This document shows, piece by piece, positions 16,638 through 32,657 of a stretch of DNA of 64,000 bases. The DNA is from the human T2T-CHM13v2.0 reference genome, Homo sapiens. How positions within the stretch are numbered: the stretch's first letter is position 1; the number at the start of each line of letters is the position of its first letter. The DNA is taken from assembly GCF_009914755.1 (NCBI RefSeq), contig NC_060927.1; one strand, given 5' to 3'. A model generated the notes under the pieces. It saw only the letters and a program-made list of their open reading frames with translations. It was not told the origin of the DNA and did not search any database. Made by a program: the position numbers and the translations under genes.

Positions 16638-19600
16638 ATGTTCTCTAGATAGCCACTCTGCCCATGTGAGTTTATAATGAGTTAGTTGTTCAGCCATAAA
16701 TACTGATTCATCAAGAGTCTGTGAGACTGTGGTGGAATGAATGTACTGCATTTTTAGTGCTCAGATTTGTGACTGGTCACTGATGTCTCTTCTGAGAACC
16801 CTTGAGGTTCCTGAGTGAGAGCACACAGCAGTGGATGACTGGGTAGAGACGGATATGTTTTGTGTGTGCTCTTGTGATATGGGTTAACATGTCCATTTAT
16901 GATTATTGTGTGAGATTAGGCCCTGGGTCCTCTAGAACACTGTTGCATAAATGAAAAAAATTAAATTGTTTTGAATCAATTCAACCGTTATTATCCACTA
17001 TCATCACTTGAAGGAAATTAGAGGAAAAATCCTATTGTAATTGGCATAATTCCTGTTCCTTGATCAAATGACAAGTCGGACTGTTTATTCCAAGAGAATA
17101 CAGAATCTACCCTAAAAGACTCTCTTTCCCTCTCTGTTTCTGCCTCTTTCTCCTCTTTCCAGTTACTTACTGTTTTTGGATCTAGTGGCAGTAGCGTTTG
17201 GTGGTGTTTTTGGAATGCTCTTTCTTAATTCCCAGAAGCCCTGCATATTTTCCAAAGGTGTCTCTTAGGAATAGATCACTCCCTCAGATCTATGATGTCG
17301 TTTTCCATGTTTCTAGAAGTATAGGACACCCTTTCATTTGGTCTTCCTTTGAGGTAGAGTCTGTTCCCTGGAACACCCTTTTCTCTTATCCTCAGATCTG
17401 GATTCAGGCTGCCTTCCTCAGTGTCTGCCATTGCCCTCCTCCACTGGCATCACGTACATGAGGATGCTGCATGTAGATTATTTGATGTGATGAAGTCTCC
17501 AACTCCAGGCAGGTCTTCCCTGACTCCTCCAAACTTAAAAGCTTTTCTCTTTCCCCAAAGAACAGAAGTTATTTCTCCGGGGGAGGGGGGCATGAAAGAT
17601 GAGCCAAAGTGGTGTGGGATATGGAGGGGAGGAGGGCAATAGGAATCTGCAAAAAGGAAGGACACTACTGCTGAATGAGCAGCACATTGCAGAAAGTCTT
17701 TTCCTAATTGCACATCTTACCTAAACATTGGAATCACTCATTGGTTTGTTCGGGGAAACGCTCGTAGAATTCCTAAAGAGAAATTTGACCATTTCTAAGG
17801 ATGTTAACTGTTGAAGCATCTTATCAAGCCAGGTCGTACAATCTCCTATTTTGGTCCTTTAAGGAGTGTAGGCAATTATTTATTACAGATAAGTAATGAA
17901 GTCTGAGCTGCAAATAATATGAACTAGGCTCTTGAATTGAAATTCCTTCTTGATAATTCTAATGCTGGGTTGCAGTCTTTCTGTTTCCATCTTTTCCAAC
18001 TAGCAGAGACTTAACGAAAACCAAAAACGTGTCTAGGACTGTAACTTCAGATCTGGTAGAAAATGCATTTCTTTAAGCTTTTTTAACTTGGTTCTGCTTT
18101 TATACTTGTATCTATAGCACATCCTTAAATTTCTACGGGCAACAGATAGAAATTCCATTTAACACAAGTCCCTGTTATATTCTCCAAGTGTATCTGACTA
18201 TCCTTAATCTCATTTATACAGGCTCTACTCAAGCACTTTTATCTATGTGTCATGGTTAGTCTTTAGGAAGAGTTTAGGCTGCATACACAGGATTATCATA
18301 ACAAGACTATTTAAATAGGATCTTTAAAAACTGTTTAAGTCATTGCTTTATTGTGTGCTGTTCACATATCAAGATTCTATTTTTTAAAATACAGCTTTTT
18401 ATGAGGCAAAATAAAATGAAATGGAATGTTTTAGCTAGAATAGAATTTGGCTTTATAGCAGTGAAGAAGAGTTCTTCTTCTAATATTGGTCTTCTTCTAA
18501 TATCTCCTAATATTGGTTAGAAAGGACTTACCTAATGCAGAACCTAAGAACATTTTCATTATTCAACAAAATTGTAATAAAATTCTGAAAATCCCTCAGA
18601 GTATAAGTTAATCAGATAGATAAGAAAACCCTCCATGGGATTATTTAGAACAATGTATATTTCTAATAGGCTCACTGTTTCATATCTCACTAAAGAGGTA
18701 AGGGCCTGGCCTTGTAAGTTAAAAACTTACCAGTATAGGACAAATTAAAGTTGTATCTGTATAGTTGTACTCAGATTCTTATGCTATTTATTTTTATTTT
18801 TATCATTATTATTCTGCAACTTCTGAAAAGAAGAGGAGTTCAGGTATTTGACAGAACATTTTATGATATCCCTAGAGTTTCTAAATTGAATCATAGTTTT
18901 TAAGAAGCATTTTGCATTTTTTAGTTCCTCAGTTGGTATTTTAAAAACATTTATAAGTGGCCAACAAGGCTCTCAGTAGTGTTTCACCTTGTTCTCTCTA
19001 AACTCCTCTTCTAAACACAATGTGTATAGGGCATTTGGTCTCCAGACTTCTTAGAAAAACCAGTCTGACTGATAATGAAACAGTGTGCTTTGCATTGATA
19101 ATTAATATTTCATTTTATACACTGGAGCATTATCTGTAAATCTCCAAACATAGCATTGAAATTTAGTTGAACCGGGACTCGGTGAAAATCTGCTCAGTGT
19201 TCAGTACTGTACTATAAGCTTTCTTCACATACATTATCTCACTTACCATGCATGAAATTGGGATCATTGTCCTAAATTTATATATCCAGAAGCTTTGTCT
19301 CAGAAATGTTTGGTAACTTGTCCAAAGTGAAGCAGCTAATAAGTGACACAGCCAGATTTCTTCTGGTGGGGGATAGTAGGGGTTCACAGGGTCTCACTGT
19401 TGTCCAGGCTGGAGTGCAGTGGCATCATCACAGGCTCACTGCAGCCTTGACCTCCTGGGCTCAAATGGTCCTCCTACCTCAACCTCTCGTGTAGCTGGGA
19501 CCACAGGCACACCACCACGCCTGGCTAATATTCATATTTTTTGTAGCGACAGGGTTTTGCTGTGTTTCCTAGGCTGATCTCAAACTCCTGAGTGCAAGGA

Positions 19601-20880
19601 GTCTGCCCACCTTGGCCTCACATTCTGCTGGGATTACAGATACGAGCTACTGAGCCCAGCCTCACAGCCAAGTGTCAAGCCAGGGCTTCTGGACTCCAAA
19701 ACCTGTATTGCTTCCTTGCTCTTTCGCCATAATAGCGAGACCTTTAAAATATTTATCCATCTTTGAGCCTCCCAGAAAACTCCTTTGCAATATATTTTAA
19801 TAGAGGTTCAGAGAAGGGAGAAATGTTCTTTTGATTTTAACAACTTGCTGAGTAGGTGCATCTAAAATTAACTTATTATCCATGAGGTTAATTGTATCTT
19901 GTTAGATACAAACAAATGTCCATGTTCCTTTTTTATATGAGTCCTGAAATATTGTAAAATTATACAACAGAACCTGGAGGAGTAGGTTTGATTGTATTTG
20001 CTGTGTTTCACCTCATAGCTAACCATGGTAGCATCTTTCTTCTAGAATACTCCTGTTCTGATTTTATGTTCCCTTTTTGTAGTCATCAGATCCAGAATGT
20101 AAATTATTTTACAAGTACATCTACTAGACCCTGGAAATATTAAAAAATTACTCAGATAGGAAAGCTTAGTGACCCCAAATGAGTGTTTTCTGCTTTGAAA
20201 AGAAAAACTTAAAGGTGGCCATAACAAAAGATTTTTCACTCCTGAGCCTAATTTTTCCATTTATAAAATGAGTGCTTTGGACAAGATGACTTCTAAGTTC
20301 TCTTCTAAGCTTTAAGGCTATATGTATGGTTCTGACAATTCATCTTTACATCATTATTCTGTATCTAAGATAGTTCATTCTTCGGATTTTTTATTTTGTT
20401 TTTGTGTTTGCTTTTCAGAGACCTGGTTGTATCCTAAAATGTTTACGTGATTCAAATTACCATTGAGAGCTCTTTTTTATATCCTTGTTCACTCTTCCTT
20501 CCAAGTGTTTACAGGTTTACAGTTTCAGTTTTGCTTTCATTTGGCCAGCCACAATGACATTTGTATGATGTAAGATTTTTTTTTTTTTTTTTTTTTTTTG
20601 GTAAAATTTTTGTGGATTATTTCCTAGGTTTCTAAGAGGGAAAATCTATGAGAATTGCTCTCTGGTGAAGAGAGTATTTACTTACCTGTAATACATGTTC
20701 TCTAAAGGTATAAATTATAATAATTCACCTTTGCTCTTCCTATTGGGGGAGGGTCTTACTCAGAAATTGATGTTTATCAAAATTCGATCTGTCTTATGTC
20801 AGGGCAGGAGAGCCACAGAGTGGTGAGCAACCTACAACTGTATATCTTAAGAGAACACAATTACAGGTAAGAAATTTTCT
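16638..20880 (+). mobile_element. Putative highly decayed DIRS1-like (tyrosine-recombinase) retrotransposon relic
   Basis: ITR/ICR/ITR topology (16638-16659, 20651-20712, 20841-20875) plus ordered degenerate RT, RNase H and YR motif remnants; by-eye alignment only. Confidence 0.55.
19387..19661 (-). mobile_element. AluJ (antisense) inserted within a MIR fragment
   Basis: Reverse-complement Alu flanked by MIR-like sequence (19190-19360 and 19662-19720). Confidence 0.88.
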
Positions 20881-21653
20881 GTCTTCCACAGGATACATAA
20901 TCTTATTATCCTAATCTTTGCAGGTTTACTATCTGGCCTAAATTTATTTCTTGTCAGTTTATTATTCTAATCTTTACTACCAAAAACTTGTGACTGATAG
21001 GTCTTCTTTTTGACTTTTTCCCTTTTTTTTGATTTCTACTGAAGCTCATTTCGTGATTTGCATTACTCATGCATAATTTAACCAAACTACTTGTTGGAGG
21101 GGGGAGTCCCATAGGTTATTTCATTTGAAATAAACCTTTTGGAAACGCTTTTGGTACCTGTAGTGAAGAGCTATTAATCCTCATCCAAAATCTTCCAATG
21201 AATCTTTTTTATTACCTCTTCACACGTCTCTAGCACGGGGCAGACAACTTTTAAGAGATCTTTATCTTCCTTCTAGGCGCTTATTTTATATATTAGTTTT
21301 ATTCTATACGATCACAGTCTCTCCTAAATAAATGTTAAGATTTCTTCCTCAGTCTTGCCATTTTACACCATCCCAAATGGTATGAAAAGTTGAATAGCAG
21401 TCATTTTTTATTGGTTTTTGTCTTTTGATGGGATCTCATTATATGTAATCCAGATTTCCTCAAGTTTTTCAGTTAAAAGGAATTGATAGGACAATGTTCC
21501 AATATGCTGAGACACAAGACAATAAAATGCTTGACTGTGTAACTGAATTAGTGTGTTGAATTGTATCACTCACCAGTTGATGTACATTTAAAACAGGTGC
21601 ACTAAATAGTTTTAGGTAATTATTGATAATTCTCTGGTTCTTTTCAATTATAG

Positions 21654-21803
<150 letters not shown>

Positions 21804-22251
21804 TGATTATATGACCAATGATTGTTTCAGGTCTGCATAAAAAATTTAAGTATGAGTATTTCTGATACAAAAAGAAATGGCGTGTTTTCTAAATAGTTAC
21901 TTTACATCTGTCTTTACAGAGGAAGAGAGAGATCTCAAGTCAGGGATCAGTTTTCCCAGGACGACAAAGAAGGACTAGACAGTGTACAGATAACAGCAGA
22001 AATGGTTATAAAAAAGGTTAGATACATTTAAAGTAGTAAGTTTAGGAAATTTATATTCATATTTATAAGATGGGGCAAGGGCAAGAAAGTGGTGGAACAC
22101 TAATATTCAGGAAAGAATTAAAATTCTGAGTGATTAAGTTGGGTGGGACATGGTTGAGGGAGCAGGGGATGAATGAAATAAGTGAAAAATTATTATCAAT
22201 TGATTGTTTTCAAAGGGGCTTGTATAATTAGCATACAATTTTTAAAAGAAC

Positions 22252-22566
<315 letters not shown>

Positions 22567-23068
22567 CAAATTTTTTAAGACAGCTTTAAATCTAAAGTCT
22601 TTGTGCATTTTTAAACTAGATGTCAATGAAAAATCATCTGTTCCATTGGTTTTGACAGTGACTTGCAAAGGATGTAATTGAAAGCACTTGTGATATCTTA
22701 ATGTATTTTGTGACAATCTTTTTACCAGTTTCTCCTGCAAATATCAGCTTAATTGAAAAGTTCTTTGTGATTTTCATAACTTTTCTCTAAATCAGTTTTT
22801 TAAATATTAGACAATCAAAATACCAAAGTAAATTAGATGCTAAAGCAACCTTTCAGGTTGCAACAAACAGAATATTTCACATTTTCATAAAAAACCCACT
22901 TCATTGTTCCTGTTTACCAACTTGCTGAATAAATGTAATGAACTTGAATTTAATTAGATAAATTTTTAGTAGCAGATATTGCAACTAAAATCAGAACTTT
23001 TCTTAAAGTTCTTACTTCATTTGGATTTTACTTCTTTTTAGATTTTATTTCAGAAAACGTGAATTGCC

Positions 23069-23322
<254 letters not shown>

Positions 23323-24084
23323 TGAATTGCCATTTTTTAAATTATGGATTTAGTTTATTCTTTTGTCTCTAGATTAGATTATACCTCATAAGTTACCACC
23401 TATATACCTCAGGATAATAAAATTCCAGTTATCTGAAAGATAAATTATACTGTTTATTTAAAATATTTTCTTCTAGTATTCACCAAAAATTAGGGATATT
23501 TAGTCAAATATGAATAGTATAAAGAAATCTTGGTACCAGATTTCCATTTGTATTATTTCTTTTTTAACAGCTTTTAAGGTGTTAGTAAGAATATAACTTA
23601 GCTGAAATAGACTATCATGTTTGTGTATCTATCTGGTGTGTGTGTTAATGCATGTGTATAGTTAAGGTTGGGAACAGGAGATTGCATAGCAGTTCACATC
23701 CTGACTAGCAAAGGATTATAGGAAAAGTGTCTTTGTTATCACATGCCCTGGTTGGAAGGAAATTAGGATTCCTAGTCACCAGCCTTTTTTGTTATTGTTG
23801 AGCTTCTGCCCTAGTCTAACAGTGAGAAACACTCACAGGACACACCTTGCCCTTAAAAAGCAATGTAGGAAAATATTTGATTTTAAAAATCAAGCAGCAG
23901 TCAAATGCGCAAGTTATATTGCTACAAAATTAGCATAAATTCTGAGGAATTACTTTTATTTGTTGGCTCTCTTTTGTTTTTTTCAAGAATACCAAAGAGA
24001 CATTAAGAAAGGGGAAAGGATTTCTATAATAGAAAAAATCAAACAGACCTTTACTTGAAAACCAGCTGTCCCCTTTACTAACTA

Positions 24085-25420
<1,336 letters not shown>

Positions 25421-26056
25421 CTAATAATAATAATAAGAGTTTATTAATATCACTGGATAGAAGGATAAATATATAAAAAGTGTAAATATATTTTAAAAAA
25501 TCATTTATATACCAAGAAAGTAAATGAATACCAATTTTTTTTGTTCCCAAACTTAACAAAACTAAGAAACTGCCTAGGAATAACCTTAGTTGGGTATATG
25601 GAGTAAACTGTTACTGAGAAATATTTTTAAAGTCTGAGGAAATGGAAATTTCTTTTTCTTTTTTTTTTTTTCATGAATCATACGTGAGCCTTTGATAAAT
25701 TTCATGTTCATTATGGAAAGAATATATATATGTGTATATATATATTTCTTTCTCTTTCTCTCTGTCTTTATATAGTTCCCATGAAACTGCCTTGTTTTTG
25801 GAATTTGATTAAATGATTCTGAAGTCTACCTTTAAAAAAATAAGAAAAAAATTGAAAAAATAATAATGAAGTACTTTCTCTTGAGGTGTAAGACGAGCTT
25901 CTAGTATGAAGCTAATAGTTAAATTTAGTATAATATTGATGCAAGAATGGATGTATATATGGAACAAAATAGTCAGAATAGGCCTAAATATAAATGTAAA
26001 AGTTGGTAAATTGTCATGGAATTTTTAGTTAGGAGATTGAAAAAGAATTAGAATCT

Positions 26057-26545
26057 AGCTGGACACGGTGGCACGTGCCTGTAACTCTCAACTACTTGGG
26101 AGGCTGAGGTAGGAGGATCACTCAAGCCCAGGAGTCAAGTTCAACCTGCGCAACACAGCAAGACCTTGTCTTCAAAAGAACTACTAGGTCCTTTGCCAAA
26201 GAAAATTCTAGGCACATTCAAATATATATATTTTTTTAATTCAAACTTGGGCCTGGCATGGTGACTCTCACCTGCAATTTCCAGCTCTTTGGGATGCCAA
26301 GGCAGAAGGATCACTTGAGGCCAGGAATTTGAGACCAGCCTGGGCAGCAGAGAGAGACCCACATCTCTACAAAAAATAAAAATTAGCCAGGCATGATGGT
26401 GGGTTGCCTGTAGCCTTAAGGAGGCTGAAGTAGGAGGATGACTTGAGCCCAAGAATTTGAGGCTGCAGTGAGCTGTGATAATGCCACTGCGTTCCAGCCT
26501 GAATGACAGCAAGACATCTGTCTCTAAAAATAATAAAATAAATAA
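26057..26545 (+). mobile_element. Alu monomer (26057-26176) and AluJ (26249-26545)
   Basis: Alu consensus motifs. Confidence 0.88.
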
Positions 26546-26780
26546 TTCAAACTGTATTAACCATGTTTTTGTGTCTATACTGCCTCTGTATTAATAGAGG
26601 ATTAGTACATTGGGGAAAGGATTTGCAGTAAAACTGCCGGGGAGTAATATCCCTGCTAGCAATCTGATAAAATTTATCATGTGCATTAAAAATATTCATA
26701 ATCCTTAACCTAGTAGTCGTTCATTTGTTCTGCTTGGTATCTTTCCTACAGAAATAGACAAAGAAACCAAAATTTATATA

Positions 26781-27128
26781 TAAGGTTGGTGCAAAAGTAA
26801 TTGCGTTTTTGGACCATTAATTTTAAATCACTGTAACTAGACTCAGACACATCTTTATTAATCAAAATAGGAACCACTGCAATCAACACATTTTTGCCAC
26901 TGAGAAATAAGTTTGTTTATTCCTGTAGCCTAAAAATCTATGCTTCAGGATTCGACAAACTCTTGGAAAATATTTTCTGCATCCTGCTGGTTGTGGAAGC
27001 ACCTTCCCTGTAAAAAGTTGTCAGATGCTTGAAGTGGTACCTGGTTGGCGAGAGGTCAGGTGAACATGGCGGGTGAGACGAAACTCTGTAGTCAAATTTG
27101 TTCAGCAGCTTCAGAAGTTGAATGAATT
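26781..27128 (-). mobile_element. HSMAR1 mariner transposon 3' fragment
   Basis: TIR taaggttggtgcaaaagtaattgcg; the minus strand encodes a degenerate Hsmar1 transposase C-terminus (HPP-SPDLSPT...INKLISQWQKCVDCSGSYFD*). Confidence 0.9.
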
Positions 27129-27405
27129 GTTTATTAGAATAATTAATTCTTAGTTATTAACAATTGCAAAAACTATAGGTTAAAAATAATCTGAATTCCA
27201 ACCCCAGGAATGGTAGAATTTGTAATTTTATCTGCTTGTGCACATACTTGTAATGGAGTATCATATACTATTTATTGAAAATCTTATTTTTGATTCATTT
27301 TATCAAATTAACTCCCTCTACCCCCAAAAACAGCGTAGTACCACTTTTGAATTAGATTTGTGATCTTACCTAGCACCTTGAATTTGTAAGAATATTAAAA
27401 GAATA

Positions 27406-27648
27406 GCCAGGTGTGGTGGCTCACGCCTGTAATCCCAGCACTTTGGGAGGCCGAGGCAGGCGGATCACGAGGTCAGGAGATCCAGACCATCCTGGCTAAC
27501 ACGGCGAAACCCCGTCTCTACTAAAAATACAACAACAACAACAAAAAAAAAAACCGGGCATAGTGGCAGGCGCCTGTAATCCCAGCTACTCGCCACTGCA
27601 CTCCAGCCTGGGCGACAGCGAGACTCCATCAAAAAAAAAAAAAAAAAA
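27406..27648 (+). mobile_element. AluY with internal deletion in right arm
   Basis: gctact joined directly to cgccactgca; TSD aagaatattaaaagaa. Confidence 0.92.
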
Positions 27649-27699
27649 GAATATTAAAAGAAGAATATACGATGACTAAGGTTCCTTCTAGGAATGTAA

Positions 27700-29300
27700 G
27701 GATGAGTTAATATTTGAAAATTTAATAATCGTCATTTGTTAGCAGGTCAAATGGGGGAGGAGAAGTCATAACACAGTGACTTTTATCAATTTAATGATAA
27801 AATAACATACTATGATCTTTTAATATCTAGCTGAAAAATTGCCAGTTGTCATGCATCATGAAAACTAGTTAAACATCAAAATAGGCTATCAAATTATCCC
27901 ACTATTACCATTATTATTTAATATAGTCTAAGTAATTGTTAGCCAAAGTAATTACACCAACCCCCTCCCCCCCACAAAAAAAATCAACATAAGAGATATA
28001 AGTACTGGTAAAGAGGGTTAATGTGTTATCATGTACAAATACTATTATCTACCTAGAGAGTTAATTGAAAAACTGGTAGAGATTAATAGGGTAACTGGAT
28101 AAAAAATAAGTATGTAAACTTTTTAAATGTTAATAACATTTAGATAACAAAGGGAGAGATACGTTTTATTCATAGTAGTAAAAAAAAAAAACTAAAGAAC
28201 TCTGGAGAGTAAACTTAATTAGACATGTGGTATATATAGATGAAGAGGGACATAATATGTGAATAACAAAGATTATGCCATGTTCCTGGGTAAGAATGCT
28301 TCTCAAATTACTCCTGAATTTCATCTAACACCAATCAAAATCCTAACTTTTTTTTTTTTTTTTAATAGTATGAGCATGGTCATTGAATGACTTCTATAGT
28401 TCATTGCTAGAATAGCTAAAATATTTTGGAGAACTAGAACAGAATAACTGGAATTTCCCTAACAATTTTAATAAAAAGTATGCTGGTGTTGATTCAGTAT
28501 TGGACAATAAGTGGAAAGAATAACATTCGGAAATAAACATTCAGAAGATAAGCCCAGTATATGTAAGAATCTAATAAGATAAATATATTTCAAATTAATA
28601 GGGAAATTATAGTTATTCTACATTTACAGAAGATTTTGGAAGAAGGTGCTGGCTATTTGTTATGGGGAAAGGATGGATTAATTGCTACCCCATATTTAAG
28701 TATGTTCTTTTTTCCTTTTTTGTAATGGCAGTTTGTCAGTGTGAAATAAAATGTTCTTTTTTAATTAAAATCTAAATTAAAAATTAAACATGGAGACAAA
28801 AGGAAAATAGGCTGGCATTTTTACAGTGTCAGGGTGGGTTAGCAAAGACATGATATCAGAAGCAGAAAATAAAGTGATCCGTTTGACTAAATAGAAACAA
28901 AACATATAGCAGAGACTTGTAAATAAAATTGAAGGCAATCAGTAAACTGGGAAAATACATTTGTAATTTTATTGACAAGGGGTCAACATTCTTACTATTT
29001 AAAGAGCCCTTACAGATGAAGAAAAAGACCCCAACACCTCAGTAGAATGCAGGCTGAAGAACATGAGCCAGCAGTTCTCACAGGACTAAATATAAACTAC
29101 ACATATATAGATATTCTTTTGATTTAATAATCCTACATGTAGCCATTTGTTCTAATAGCAAAAAATGAAAAAAAAGTTGGTTAAATTTTGATAATACTAA
29201 TGTTGTGCAGTCATTAAACCTGAACTGTAGATTTCTATTCATTGTCATAAAATGTTGACCATGTATTTCTGAGTGAAAATAGTTACTGAGTAGTTTAGGT
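27700..29300 (+). mobile_element. Ancient L1 (L1M-type) fragments
   Basis: A-rich degenerate ORF2/3' UTR-like blocks (e.g. aaatacatttgtaat...gacaaggggtcaacatt...aaagagcccttaca). Confidence 0.6.
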
Positions 29301-30220
29301 AAGGCAAGAGTCAGTGAAGCAATGTCTCGATAAAAATTTACCAGGATATTAGCATGCGTTTATTTGTGGATATGATTTTCAGGTTGTGTATGTGCTGTAT
29401 AACCTTGGTAATTTTTTGAGTAAAGGTGAAAAATAATAATAATAAAAGATGGATAGATTTGACCACATAAAATTTGGAAACTATATATGCAGGAAAAAGA
29501 GAAAAAGTAGGCAAATGACTTGGCTTTCTTTGGCCTGTAAACTTCTTAAGGGCAGACATCAGGTCTCTTGTTGAATACAGTATCATAATAAGTACTCAGT
29601 AAATATATGTTGAATGAATGCCTTGTACATTGATTTGCACGTGGCAGATTTCACCTGTATCTTATAACTCCTTTCTACAACTAACTTCATCACTTAACAT
29701 AATTGACTTTGATAGTTATAGTGTTGGACCTAGCAGTACAGAGATCTGTAAGATTCCATTGTTTAAGACCCTTGAAATATTAAATATATAAAAGTTATTC
29801 CGAATATAAGCCATGAATTACATGTTTGTTTCTGTTTTATACCTAGGCACTTTTTAAAAGGAGGAAAGAAAATTTAGTATCTGGAACAAAAGGAAGATGT
29901 GAATATACTTCCAATCTAGGAATATTAAAAATCCTGAGATATCAGAAAGGAAAAATATGCATCTTCAATAATTTTTTGCATTTATTCTTCCCTCTTCATC
30001 TAAACATCTCCTACCCTAGTTTAGTGCCTCATAATTCTTTGCTAACTACTGTGTTAACTCCAGATGGTTTCCCAGTTACTAGTCTCATACTGACCATTGC
30101 TTCCAGATAATCTTCCTGGCCCAAAAATTTTCCTTGAAGGCCTGGAATAAATGTCACTCCTTCCATCCACCAAGCCTTGGGGATATACTTTAACCTATTG
30201 ATTAAGAATATAGATAGATG

Positions 30221-30668
<448 letters not shown>

Positions 30669-30934
30669 AGAATGTAGATATATGGGAGCAAGAATACCTG
30701 TTTTGTCTCTCTCCACACATCAAGTTTCTCACCTTTAATATGGGGATGATAATAATAGTGCTTGATTTATAGAGTTGTTAAAATTAGATATTTCACAATA
30801 AAGCACATGGCATAGTCTGTGGTATATAATCATCATTTAGAAAATACAGCTTTTTTTTTTTTTTAACTAACACATAGCAATATGATCACCTTTCTTGATC
30901 ATGCTAATACTAATGTGTTCACTTTTTTTGTTGT

Positions 30935-31309
<375 letters not shown>

Positions 31310-31703
31310 TAGTTCAGTAATCAGTAGGTATTAAATATATATACTTTTAACTGTAAATGAATAAAACTGTATTTTTATTCTGAGAATCAAGTGAGAAAGG
31401 TGCTTTGACCTAAATGGTCACTAAAATATTTAGTGTAGTGACTTGCTTTTTAAGTGGATCTAAGAAGTACAGAAAATAGGATTATTCTAGTCAAAAAGAA
31501 TGTGAACCTAATTTTTTAATGGTTGGGAGAAGTTTTTGTAGAAATCATTTCATGCTTTTTAGGTAGAAAAGGGGCTAGACATGGATCAAGGAATCATATA
31601 AGAATAGAAAGAGCTTCTGAAAAGGGACACACATATATAAGAGATGGTGAAAGGAATTTGGATTTAGCATCCCAGTACCTTTAGTTGGTGATATAGCAGT
31701 TTA

Positions 31704-32096
<393 letters not shown>

Positions 32097-32294
32097 TTAA
32101 ATTAGAGATCAGTCACATTTGATTTACCTGGAGTTTGGGAGATAGAATGTTTTCAGAGTTATTTTAAGCATGGTAATTAAAGAGTTTCTTTGGGATTTTG
32201 GTTGGATTGGAGGAGATAACTTAATGGGATGAGGCAGAAAACAGTTAAGAGCCATTGTAGATTACAGATTAATGGCTTTACTGTAGAGCCTTAA

Positions 32295-32657
<363 letters not shown>

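Noticed and set aside
17486-17524. C-box-like GTGATGA with a downstream CTGA (possible C/D snoRNA)
   Set aside because: Spacing is too short, and there is no terminal stem or recognisable guide.
20011-20130. Second possible YR C-terminal alignment (HS...P..LC...*SS...FTS)
   Set aside because: It needs several frameshifts and competes with the in-frame HxxR match at 20220. It illustrates the risk of chance motif matches, so it was not counted as evidence.
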